Below are positions 50,421-58,820 of a stretch of 58,820 bases of DNA, one piece after another. Origin of the DNA: Candidatus Limnocylindrales bacterium (GTDB lineage: Bacteria > Moduliflexota > Moduliflexia > Moduliflexales > JAUQPW01); contig DATMBG010000043.1 of NCBI GenBank assembly GCA_035559535.1, positions 124,001-182,820 of the forward strand. The letters run 5' to 3'. A program made the position numbers and the translations under genes. The stretch's first letter is position 1, and every line of letters starts with the position of its first letter. The notes beneath the pieces are model-generated. The model was not told the DNA's origin. It worked only from the letters and a program-made list of their open reading frames with translations, and ran no database searches.

Positions 50421-51404
50421 TTAAAACTTCCGCATTCTCGGTTTTACCTCAGGATTAACCCAGTATTTGGGATAGCCGTAGGTTAAGACATGAACGGCAT
50501 TTTCTGCTACTTTGACCTTGACCTCGTGGTAAGCTTCTTCTGTATAGGAAGCATAATGGGGGGTCACAACGATATTATCCAAAGTTAACAGAGGATCCTC
50601 GGGGTCAGGAGGTTCTTTTTCCATGACATCGAGTCCGGCACCGGCTATCCAGCCTTCTTTAAGGGCTTTATAAAGAGCTTTTCCGTTAACTACAGGACCT
50701 CGACCGGTATTAATGAGATAGGCGGTTGGTTTCATCTTTCTTAACTCGGCTTCTCCGATCAATCCACGGGTTTCAGGAGTCAACGGAGTATGGATAGAAA
50801 TAATGTCCGAGGTCCTCAATAGCTGATCCAGTGAAACCAACTCTACGGCATAACCGTGAAGGGATTCTTTAAAAACATAAGGATCATAAGCAATTACCTT
50901 AAAACCAAAGGCGATTGCCCGTTTATAAAAAGTTCGCCCGATATGACCGAATCCGATGATTCCCAGGGTTTGTCCCCTGAATTTATAAATAGGCTTAGCC
51001 GGTAACCGGCTCCAGACGCCTTTTTTTACCAGATTATTGAGCAGAACGACCTTTCGAGCTACTGCCAGGAGGAGGGACATGGCCGTGTCTGCGACCTCAT
51101 CCCAGCAGAAGTCTGGTACATTGGCTACACAGATCCCGGCTTCTGTAGCTGCTGGAATATCTACAGTATCTACCCCAATTCCATAGCGAACGATGGCCCG
51201 ACATTTCTTTAAGGCTTCCATTACCCGCCGAGTAGTAGGAATTCCAACACATAGAAGAACATCTGCATCTTGACAACGTGCAAGGATGTCATCTTCGGTT
51301 TCACAGGTTTCTGCCACAAATTTTGCACCGGCTTTTTCTATAATTTCTCGCTCGATATCCACACTTTCTAACCGCTGAGAATCGGTCATAATCACCTTGA
51401 ACAT
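50421..51404 (-). CDS. D-isomer-specific 2-hydroxyacid dehydrogenase (CtBP-like)
   Basis: RYGIGVD, GIIGFGHIG, HTPLTPET, INTGRG, LDVMEKEP, TPHYA. ATG at 51404 follows GAGGGG. Confidence 0.92.
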   Translation of the reverse strand: MFKVIMTDSQRLESVDIEREIIEKAGAKFVAETCETEDDILARCQDADVLLCVGIPTTRRVMEALKKCRAIVRYGIGVDTVDIPAATEAGICVANVPDFCWDEVADTAMSLLLAVARKVVLLNNLVKKGVWSRLPAKPIYKFRGQTLGIIGFGHIGRTFYKRAIAFGFKVIAYDPYVFKESLHGYAVELVSLDQLLRTSDIISIHTPLTPETRGLIGEAELRKMKPTAYLINTGRGPVVNGKALYKALKEGWIAGAGLDVMEKEPPDPEDPLLTLDNIVVTPHYASYTEEAYHEVKVKVAENAVHVLTYGYPKYWVNPEVKPRMRKF

Positions 51405-51471
51405 AGAACCCCTCATCATAACCCCTGAAGATCCATTATCCTTTAACATAAAAGAATCCCGGATCCCTGGG

Positions 51472-52677
51472 TTAAATCTTCTCCCACACCCACCAGATAA
51501 ATCTTGTTATAAAACTCCCCACGGGGACATCTTCATCTATAATTAAATCCGTTTTGGTCAATATCTGATCTTGAAGCTTAACGACGATTTCTCCAACCTT
51601 TTGTCCTTTTTGGACAGGGGCTTCAACACTATCCACGAGATTGGCATATTCGGTCTTTAGAAGGTTTTCCTGACCTTTTTTAATTAAAACGCCTACGTCC
51701 TGAGCAGGAACCGGCTTCACCTTGTAGGTTTTTCCCTTTAAAACGGTAACTTCTTTATCAATGGTAAAACCTTTTTTAAATAAATTGACCTTCTTATAGG
51801 TATTAAAACCCATGGAAAGGAGCTTGGTCGTTTCCGCAAATCGATCCCTTGAATTGGACCCTCCCATAACAACGGAAATAAGCCTTAGATCGTCTCGTTT
51901 AGCCGTGGCACAAAGATTAAAACCGGCTTCTGCGGTATATCCCGTTTTAAGGCCGTCGAGTCCGGGGAAGACCCCAAGCAGTTTGTTGGTATTGGTTAAA
52001 GTGAACGTGCCATTTCGGAAGGTATCTTCTTTTGTTGAAGACCAATGAAGAACCTCCGGGTGTTTCAATAGTTCCTTGGCTAAAATAGCCATATCATAAG
52101 CACTGGTATAATTCTCCTCCTGACCCTTACCGGCAGGTAAACCGTGAACATTGGCAAAGGTTGTATCGTTCATGCCTAATTCTTTAGCCCGCTCATTCAT
52201 GAGCTGCACGAAAGCTTCTGTACTACCGGCAATGTGTTCTGCCAGTGCAGTAGCCGCATCATTTGCCGAGGAAATAGCAACGGCTTTTAAAAGTTCTTCT
52301 ACCGGGAAAACTTCCCCTTCCTTTAAATAAACCTGATGACCTCCTATTTTGCTGGCCCAGGCGGATGCTGTAACCGGATCGGTAAAGTTAAGTAATCCCT
52401 GTTGAATTCTTTCCATAACCAGAAGGATCACCATCATTTTAACAAGGGAAGCGGGAACTAATCTTTGATGGATATTATATTCAAAAAGGATTTGTCCGGT
52501 GTCTGCATCCATAAGAATAGCAGATTTATAGGGTGGTGGATTGCCATTTTGGGAATTTGCCTCTTGTTGTGAAGAAGGACGTTTTTTGGCTGCATCGGCC
52601 AAATCGGAATGAAAAAATAAAAGTAAATAATTTATTATTAAAATATAACAAAGGCCTTTGGTGAAAATAGATTTCAT
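51472..52677 (-). CDS. D-alanyl-D-alanine carboxypeptidase (PBP5/DacA family)
   Basis: SLVK (SxxK), SAND (SxN), KTG motifs and a PBP5_C domain. Confidence 0.94.
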   Translation of the reverse strand: MKSIFTKGLCYILIINYLLLFFHSDLADAAKKRPSSQQEANSQNGNPPPYKSAILMDADTGQILFEYNIHQRLVPASLVKMMVILLVMERIQQGLLNFTDPVTASAWASKIGGHQVYLKEGEVFPVEELLKAVAISSANDAATALAEHIAGSTEAFVQLMNERAKELGMNDTTFANVHGLPAGKGQEENYTSAYDMAILAKELLKHPEVLHWSSTKEDTFRNGTFTLTNTNKLLGVFPGLDGLKTGYTAEAGFNLCATAKRDDLRLISVVMGGSNSRDRFAETTKLLSMGFNTYKKVNLFKKGFTIDKEVTVLKGKTYKVKPVPAQDVGVLIKKGQENLLKTEYANLVDSVEAPVQKGQKVGEIVVKLQDQILTKTDLIIDEDVPVGSFITRFIWWVWEKI

Positions 52678-52708
52678 AACTTATTCCATTTGTAATCAAC
52701 CCTGGCAA

Positions 52709-52743
52709 AAACCAGAAGTGGAATAAATTCTGACTTCTGGTTT
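52709..52743 (-). terminator. Intergenic hairpin between rocF and the DD-carboxypeptidase gene
   Basis: Perfect 11-bp IR AAACCAGAAGT / ACTTCTGGTTT. Confidence 0.4.
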
Positions 52744-52748
52744 CTGCT

Positions 52749-53663
52749 TTATAAAATAGACTTACCCATGGCTGAGGAAATTATTTCAACTCCCAGTTCT
52801 GCGGTAGCGTTCATATGGTCCAGGATTGGATTAACTTCCATGAGTTCCAGAGAGATGAGCTTTTTTGAATCTGCTATCAATTCCATAGCCAGATGTATTT
52901 CCCGGTATGTTAATCCTCCTCGGACGGGTGTTCCCACTCCTGTTGCGATACCAGGGTCTACCACATCCATGTCGATACTCACGTGAATCCCGCTGGTACC
53001 TCGACCAGCAAACTTTAGAGCTTCGAGTATCACCTGTTTCATTCCCAGTTCGTCGATATCCCGCATGGTAAAAACTTTAATTCCCGTATCATGCACAAGC
53101 TTTTTCTCATAAGGATCTAAGTTACGAACCCCTATGAGAACCGTATGCTCACTGAAAACTTTGGGGGAATATCCCCCCAGTTCCACCAACTGAGGAGGTC
53201 CGTATCCCAGACAGGCGGCCAACGGCATTCCATGAATGTTACCGCTGGGAGTAGTCTCTGGAGTATTCATATCTCCGTGGGCATCAAACCAGAGTAAACC
53301 TATTTTTTCCGACCGCTCGCGATAATAGGAGGACACTCCGGAAATGGTTCCCACGGCAACGCTATGATCACCTCCCAGAACAATGGGGAAATATTGCTGG
53401 CTTAAACAAGTTTTGACCGTTTCATAAAGGGTCTTACAAGTCGCCGCAATTTCTGACAGGTATTTGGCTCGAGGATCTCCGGGATCTCGGGTCTCAGGAA
53501 TCGGAACCCTGATGTCTCCATGGTCGACGACTTTATACCCCAGCCGCTCGAGTTCTCTACTAATTCCGGCTATTCTAAGAGCGCTAGGCCCCATATCGAC
53601 CCCCCGTCGTCCGGAACCCAGATCCATAGGAACCCCTATAATCTTAACCTGCTTTAAAAACAT
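52749..53663 (-). CDS. rocF: Arginase
   Basis: GGDHS, DAHGDMNT, SGNIHGMP, SIDMDVVDP, EVNP. Confidence 0.95.
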   Translation of the reverse strand: MFLKQVKIIGVPMDLGSGRRGVDMGPSALRIAGISRELERLGYKVVDHGDIRVPIPETRDPGDPRAKYLSEIAATCKTLYETVKTCLSQQYFPIVLGGDHSVAVGTISGVSSYYRERSEKIGLLWFDAHGDMNTPETTPSGNIHGMPLAACLGYGPPQLVELGGYSPKVFSEHTVLIGVRNLDPYEKKLVHDTGIKVFTMRDIDELGMKQVILEALKFAGRGTSGIHVSIDMDVVDPGIATGVGTPVRGGLTYREIHLAMELIADSKKLISLELMEVNPILDHMNATAELGVEIISSAMGKSIL

Positions 53664-53736
53664 AAGAACTCAGGAGTCGGAAGCCAGAAGTCTAAGCATC
53701 TTTTGACCTCGGATTCTGGCCTTTAAATTCAAATTT

Positions 53737-54291
53737 TTAAAGATAAAGCCGATGCTCCCGAATATACTTTTCAACGGATTTTGGAACCAAATGGCTGATA
53801 GAAAGACCTTTCTTGATTCTATTACGAATCAGGGTACTGCTGATATTCGGGAAAAAAATATTGGGAGTTCCGTCCTTGATATCTTCTAAATAACCACTCC
53901 TTGGAATAACTCGAAAAGTAATCATTTTTTGAAGGAGATCAAAATCCTTCCAGGAGGTAAATTCCCGGGTTACGTCGGAACCTACAATCCACTCGAATTC
54001 CACATCTGGATAGAGTCCTTTTAGGTGACGAACGGTATCTATTGTCCAGCTTATTCCTTTTTGCTCTTCTTCTACAGTAGAAACCTCAACCCGTTTATTA
54101 AAGATTTCCACAGCCAGAGAACACATGTTGAATCGATGATGAAAGGCAACCAATTCTTTATCAAAGGCATGCTGATAACAGGGAACCAGCCAGACCTTAT
54201 CTACATCCGTCGTTTCCAGAACATAATAGCAAATCATCAGGTGACAAACATGGGGAGGATTAAAACTTCCTCCAAAGAGGGCTATTTTCAT
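53737..54291 (-). CDS. nadD: Nicotinate-nucleotide adenylyltransferase
   Basis: GGSFNPPHVCH, VGSD..W, ISSTLIR, YIREHRLY. Confidence 0.9.
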   Translation of the reverse strand: MKIALFGGSFNPPHVCHLMICYYVLETTDVDKVWLVPCYQHAFDKELVAFHHRFNMCSLAVEIFNKRVEVSTVEEEQKGISWTIDTVRHLKGLYPDVEFEWIVGSDVTREFTSWKDFDLLQKMITFRVIPRSGYLEDIKDGTPNIFFPNISSTLIRNRIKKGLSISHLVPKSVEKYIREHRLYL

Positions 54292-55040
54292 GGGCCAATT
54301 CTTTTTTTTAATGAAGCCAATAGCGCTTCGTCTTCTTCTAAATGAGAATATCCTAAGCTCCGTTTAACGGCTAAAGACCTTTCCATTAACTCCAGGGCCT
54401 CAGGATATTTTTTCTGCTCACCATAAAGCAATCCTTTACGCCACCAGATCTGGCCCATTCCCAAGAGATCTCCTAAATCTTCCTGGATTTGGAGACTATA
54501 GTTATAAAATTGATGCGCTTTCTCCCAATCCCCTTGAAGATCAAACAGCAGAGCCATGTTATTATAGGTTACCACCTTCCCGGCCAGGTCTTCAAGATTT
54601 TCTTTTATCTCTAAACTGAGAGAAAACCACTTCAGAGCTTCTTCCCAATGACCTAACCTGGCATGAACGGTTCCCATGTTGTTATAAACCTTTGCGATAC
54701 CGGCCAGGTCTTCGAGTTCTTTTTTCAATTCCAGACTCTTCTCATGGAACTTCAGCGAGTCTTTCCATAAAGATTTAAAATAAAAAATACTCCCTATAGC
54801 CAGGTAAAGACTCCCCAGTTCTTTTTTGTTATTCAATTCCTCATAGATTTTACAACTCCGTTGGAGAGCCTCTAAAGCTTCATCCCATTCCTGGGTTACT
54901 ATATAAGATTGGGCAATCCTCTTATAAGTTTCAGCGACCCTGGGCCAATCTTTATGAGTTTTAAGTTTGATGATGTGTAGTTTGTGCTGGGCTATAACTT
55001 TATGGATTTCTTGCCTTCTCTCTTCTTTTGTGGATTTCAT
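54288..55040 (-). CDS. Tetratricopeptide repeat protein
   Basis: Repeated ~40-aa SLE..EDL.G....YNN TPR units. ATGA overlap with nadD. Confidence 0.88.
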   Translation of the reverse strand: MKSTKEERRQEIHKVIAQHKLHIIKLKTHKDWPRVAETYKRIAQSYIVTQEWDEALEALQRSCKIYEELNNKKELGSLYLAIGSIFYFKSLWKDSLKFHEKSLELKKELEDLAGIAKVYNNMGTVHARLGHWEEALKWFSLSLEIKENLEDLAGKVVTYNNMALLFDLQGDWEKAHQFYNYSLQIQEDLGDLLGMGQIWWRKGLLYGEQKKYPEALELMERSLAVKRSLGYSHLEEDEALLASLKKRIGP

Positions 55041-55271
55041 CGCACCTATAGCTAGTCTGAATTTAAAAAAATGTCAAGGAGTTTGTTCTAAAAACTATTT
55101 AAAATTAATTGGCCTGGGTCAGGAAGCTACTTTTATCAAAATCCATAAAAACAGCAGACCAAATCAGGGTTGGAAAATCTTGATAAAATTCAGATACTGC
55201 CTGGAGGGCTTGAGGAAAGAAGTTTATTCCTACCTACCTAAGGTTAGGTTCCACAATCCACATAAAAGAAT

Positions 55272-56774
55272 CTAACGGTCTGTTCCGAATATTTTATTAT
55301 ACAAATCTTCTCCATAACTGGTTGGTAAGGGCTCGCCCTGGACTATTTTAAAAGTTCGTCTCCCATCGGTTTGCCTTTCAGCTCGAAGAAAAATGGTATT
55401 TTCCATTTTTTTGTCATAAAAACCACGGGCAAATTCATATAAGTGCGTAACGAAGAAAACCTTAATACGTTTTTCCAGCAATGCGCAGATAATCTGCTTG
55501 GCAATCTCCGAACCTTCTCTTTCGTTTGTAGCCGCAAAGGATTCATTGAGCAGCACCAGGGAATTTGATGTGATATGGTCTATGATCTCGCTCATTCTGC
55601 TAAGTTCTTCATCGAGTTTACCGCTTTTCAGGGTAATGTCTTCTTTCCGTTTATAGTGTGTGAAAAGACCCTTGCAGATATTGGCACAGAAAAACTCAGC
55701 CGGTACAAACATGCCGCATTGCATCATCAATTGGGCCAAACCCAGGCTTCGCAAAAAAGTCGATTTACCGCCCCGATTGGCACCGGTGAGGATTACCAGG
55801 TCTTTATGATCGGCATCCAAATCGTTGCCCACAATTTTTTGTTTCATACTTAAAGCCAGGCAGACGTCATAGAGTCCTTTAAAAGAATGTCTGCGTTCCT
55901 CAGGAGTCACAGGCAAGGGAAAGGATATAGGTTCTCCCATTTGGGCAAGTTGCCCATGTAGATTCAAACAACCCACGTAAAAGGCCAATTCGGTCCGCAA
56001 CATGGTAAAAAAACTGAGAATATGATCGGCGGATTGAGCGAGGGCATTGGCAACAAGATTGATCCCCCGGTCCTTTAATTCCGACAGGGCCCTGAAGCCG
56101 CTTTCATCGCGATCGGCGATATAAAAGGTGTAAACGGGTGATTTTTGGGCAAAGATTCGCTGCATCCAACTCTGCTTTTTGTCGTGGGGTTTACGAAGTA
56201 TGGGATGGGTCACTTCATTGCCTTTTCCCAATTCGGCACTAATCAGAACTCCATGGCGGAATTTCAATTCCCTTAGATGCTCTTGGACGCTGGCGAAATA
56301 TTCCTCCGGGAGCTCCCTCTTAAGCATCCCAAAAAATGCTGTAAATCCCTCTGACTCAAATTTATCAGCCTGTTCATCGGCAATACTTTTTAGTTTTTTA
56401 AGCAGGCCCATAAACCTCTGCAGCATCTCTATGGAACTGGAAAGTATGGAACTGGGATAATGGCTGAAAATACCATAATAATGCTTTTTCTTGTTTTCAA
56501 TTGCTTCTACCGCAATATGGTAGATATCCCGGACAATGGAAGGATTTTTCAGGCAATCTTTAAGGATATGTTGGCGATAAAATAGGGTATCCAGATCATT
56601 ACTTAGCCCACACAATACAGCCTTCTTTGCCACTTCAAATAAAAATTTATCCCCCAACGCCATGGCGTCGAACAGTACGTTTAATTCCAGGTCTTGTATC
56701 AGGACCTGTTCATTCCAGGGTAATTCCTGTTGAAGGTCAAAATCCTGATTTTTATACATGAGAAAAGCTTTCAT
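55272..56774 (-). CDS. Short MutS-related ATPase (second of a pair, MutS4B-like)
   Basis: TGANRGGKSTF, SGKLDEEL, LLNESFAATN..EG, FVTH. No mismatch-binding or Smr domain. Confidence 0.85.
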   Translation of the reverse strand: MKAFLMYKNQDFDLQQELPWNEQVLIQDLELNVLFDAMALGDKFLFEVAKKAVLCGLSNDLDTLFYRQHILKDCLKNPSIVRDIYHIAVEAIENKKKHYYGIFSHYPSSILSSSIEMLQRFMGLLKKLKSIADEQADKFESEGFTAFFGMLKRELPEEYFASVQEHLRELKFRHGVLISAELGKGNEVTHPILRKPHDKKQSWMQRIFAQKSPVYTFYIADRDESGFRALSELKDRGINLVANALAQSADHILSFFTMLRTELAFYVGCLNLHGQLAQMGEPISFPLPVTPEERRHSFKGLYDVCLALSMKQKIVGNDLDADHKDLVILTGANRGGKSTFLRSLGLAQLMMQCGMFVPAEFFCANICKGLFTHYKRKEDITLKSGKLDEELSRMSEIIDHITSNSLVLLNESFAATNEREGSEIAKQIICALLEKRIKVFFVTHLYEFARGFYDKKMENTIFLRAERQTDGRRTFKIVQGEPLPTSYGEDLYNKIFGTDR

Positions 56775-58306
56775 AATTTCAGGCGCTCCATTAGACGGTT
56801 ATAAGTAAGTCGATATTTATCGGCAATGGCAATGGCATAGGCAAGTCCGTCGGCAGGTCCTCTTACAATTTTATAGGTTCGTAATGCCGGATTTTCGGGA
56901 ACTACCGTGCTGACCATGCTGACGGTTTTTTCATTGAACGAAGCCAGTTCATCCAGGAATGTTACCCAAACGCACAGCAAATCCAATTGTATGATTTTTT
57001 CCATAATCTTTTTGCTTAAAAAAACACCGTCCCTTAATGTGGTGGAAGTAAAAATTTCATTCATGATGAGAATACTGTTGGATGTGGCTTGATCCAGAAT
57101 ATGGTAAATTCTGATCAGATCGTCCTCTAACTTGCCACGGAGATTTTGGATATTCTCTTCCTTTTCAAAATGGGTAAAGAGGGAGTCGAACAGAAAGAGT
57201 TGCGCTTCTCTGCCCGGGACGGGACAACCTAAGCTGGCCAGATAATGCAACTGTCCAAAGGTGCGGGCGAAGGTGGTTTTACCACCCTGGTTTGGACCGG
57301 TTACCACCAATATGCGCTCCGGGTCTTTCAGGTAAAAATCGTTGCAGACAACAGATGAATTTTCATTAATGAGTTTATAGGCCAGAGCCAAATCAAATCC
57401 TTCATAATTATAAACTTCCTTACAGGTATTGGAGACTTGTGGATAACAGAATTTCAATCCTGCTCGTTTGAAGGTTTCAAGGTATTCCAGATAGGCTATG
57501 TAAAATTGTATCTCCCGGTCAAAGACGGCTATTGTTTCATCCACGAAGTGGCCGTTTTTCGCACAAAAATCGTCAAGATTTAAAAATATCTCAGGATACA
57601 ATCTGGCTACCAGGTCCAGTATTTGTGCTTCCACATGGTTCATGCTTGATCCGATGGGCAGTTTAACCCGGTAGTCTTTCACTACGCCCTGTTTGAACTT
57701 CTCGAATGTTTTTTCCACTTCGGCGCTGTAGTCCATTTCAGATTCATATTTGCGAACCCTGACGCTGTTACCCTTTATGAGCAGGCAATATTTGACTGTG
57801 GCCAAATCGGCTTTAAGCTTTTTTGTTTCTGCCAGAAGCAGCGTAAAACGGTCAGATTTGGCATAGTTCATCAGATATTCGCGAAAGGCCAGGAAGCCAC
57901 GGGATTTTAAATCTGCGAGGGATAAGTCATGAGTCAGGCCATTAACAGCGTCGCAATAAATGTTCACCGCCTCCAAAAACCACCCTTCTTTGTGATACTT
58001 GTAGTAAAGCTTATCTACCAGGGCCAGACATCGACGCATTGCGCGCATTTTTTGCGCAAAGGACTCTATCTTCTCCACTAGGGTTTCGTTTTCAAGATCC
58101 CGCATCACTTCCTGGCGGTACTTGATGGTGTCCATATCCTTCAAGGAAGTGTAAAAGAATGGTTTTAGATTATATTCTTCCTTGCGGGCTGTGATAACCT
58201 CTATAACCTGATCAAGATTTAAATCGACAAAAAAGACAGGCGCTTCAGGTGTTTCTTTTTTTACGCCGCCTTCGGTTTTTTCAAAGAGTATACTGCGGAA
58301 AGTCAT
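56771..58306 (-). CDS. Short MutS-related ATPase (first of a pair, MutS4A-like)
   Basis: DLNLDQV, TGPNQGGKTTF, GKLEDDL, MNEIFTSTT, AYAIAIA.KY.L. ATGA overlaps with both neighbours. Confidence 0.85.
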   Translation of the reverse strand: MTFRSILFEKTEGGVKKETPEAPVFFVDLNLDQVIEVITARKEEYNLKPFFYTSLKDMDTIKYRQEVMRDLENETLVEKIESFAQKMRAMRRCLALVDKLYYKYHKEGWFLEAVNIYCDAVNGLTHDLSLADLKSRGFLAFREYLMNYAKSDRFTLLLAETKKLKADLATVKYCLLIKGNSVRVRKYESEMDYSAEVEKTFEKFKQGVVKDYRVKLPIGSSMNHVEAQILDLVARLYPEIFLNLDDFCAKNGHFVDETIAVFDREIQFYIAYLEYLETFKRAGLKFCYPQVSNTCKEVYNYEGFDLALAYKLINENSSVVCNDFYLKDPERILVVTGPNQGGKTTFARTFGQLHYLASLGCPVPGREAQLFLFDSLFTHFEKEENIQNLRGKLEDDLIRIYHILDQATSNSILIMNEIFTSTTLRDGVFLSKKIMEKIIQLDLLCVWVTFLDELASFNEKTVSMVSTVVPENPALRTYKIVRGPADGLAYAIAIADKYRLTYNRLMERLKL

Positions 58307-58716
58307 GGGAAAAGGGTCGGATCGGTTTTATTTTCTTCCGGGTCTATCGGTTTCCAGGATTCTGAAGTAGCCCGGCTTTGGGTCCGGGCCGTATACTTAA
58401 TTACTTCCACTTCAGAGAGTACAATCAGACCATCATGAATCATCTCATCCAAAACAGGCAAAATCCGATTTATTTTCTCTTCCAGGTCAACGATGGTAAT
58501 CATGATGGGGAGGTCGCTGGAAAGGGAAAATATCTTCTCTTTCCGGAGACCGTGACTTCCGGCACCATACCCTAAAGCCCCTCGATAGACGGTTGCTCCC
58601 GCAATATGTAATTCTTTACACCTGTTGATAATAGCTTCATATAGGGGCATCCCTTCCCATTTATCATCTTCCCCTATATAGATCCGTACCATTTTAGCTT
58701 TACCTGTTAATTTCAT
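58303..58716 (-). CDS. DUF190 (PII-like fold) protein
   Basis: RIYIGEDDKW...LYEAI...IAGATVYRG..GYG, LSSDLPI.I.IVD. Confidence 0.9.
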   Translation of the reverse strand: MKLTGKAKMVRIYIGEDDKWEGMPLYEAIINRCKELHIAGATVYRGALGYGAGSHGLRKEKIFSLSSDLPIMITIVDLEEKINRILPVLDEMIHDGLIVLSEVEVIKYTARTQSRATSESWKPIDPEENKTDPTLFP

Positions 58717-58778
58717 AAGAATACAGTGTTTACTTAATTTTGTCCTATAGTGCGGCTTTCACTTCCCAACTCCTCTCT

Positions 58779-58820
58779 CCCCTCACCCCCTGTCCCCCTC
58801 TCCTGTGTAGGGGCGGGGGG
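58779..58820. repeat. CCCCTCACCCCC..CCCCTCTCC...GGGG palindromic intergenic repeat, truncated at the window end
   Basis: C-rich arm followed by a G-rich arm, in the same style as the 22040 and 47927 elements. Confidence 0.5.

Noticed and set aside
53737-54291. Functional link between nadD and the nicotinate cluster
   Set aside because: It lies about 12 kb away on the opposite strand with unrelated genes between, so the proximity is probably coincidental.

Overview
58.8 kb of bacterial chromosome from an LPS-containing diderm (kdsA, a PilQ secretin, a TonB-domain protein and an Lgt-family gene are present). The gene content looks deltaproteobacteria/Nitrospinota-like, which is an inference. 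The housekeeping backbone is mtnP (truncated), ligA, a pilMNOPQ type IV pilus operon followed by two lipoproteins, aroQ, accB, rnj, rsmA, an NtrC-type regulator, fbaB, yqeY, mutS2, yaiI/yqxD-dnaG-rpoD-tRNA(CAT), kdsA, maf, an HI0933 flavoprotein, a dacA-like gene, rocF and nadD. The most interesting accessory locus is a divergent Lgt-family transferase sitting between two exported proteins (an S8 protease and an internally duplicated unknown protein). Both end in a Cys-(F)-G-P-F-L motif, a hydrophobic stretch and a basic tail, making this a candidate new C-terminal lipidation/sorting system. Other accessory features are a six-gene nicotinate-catabolism cluster (enamidase, Mo-hydroxylase, 6-hydroxynicotinate reductase, ApbE-like UPF0280, DUF1185), a translationally coupled DUF190 plus paired short MutS-like ATPases with degenerate Walker B motifs, and a TonB-domain protein with a ~95-aa repeat spacer. 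Four eroded gene remnants lie in intergenic DNA (FG-GAP repeats, a histidine kinase, a receiver domain, a paralog 5' end). There are several families of palindromic intergenic repeats. No CRISPR array, rRNA, integrase or transposase was seen. All calls come from motif reading by eye, with no database search.
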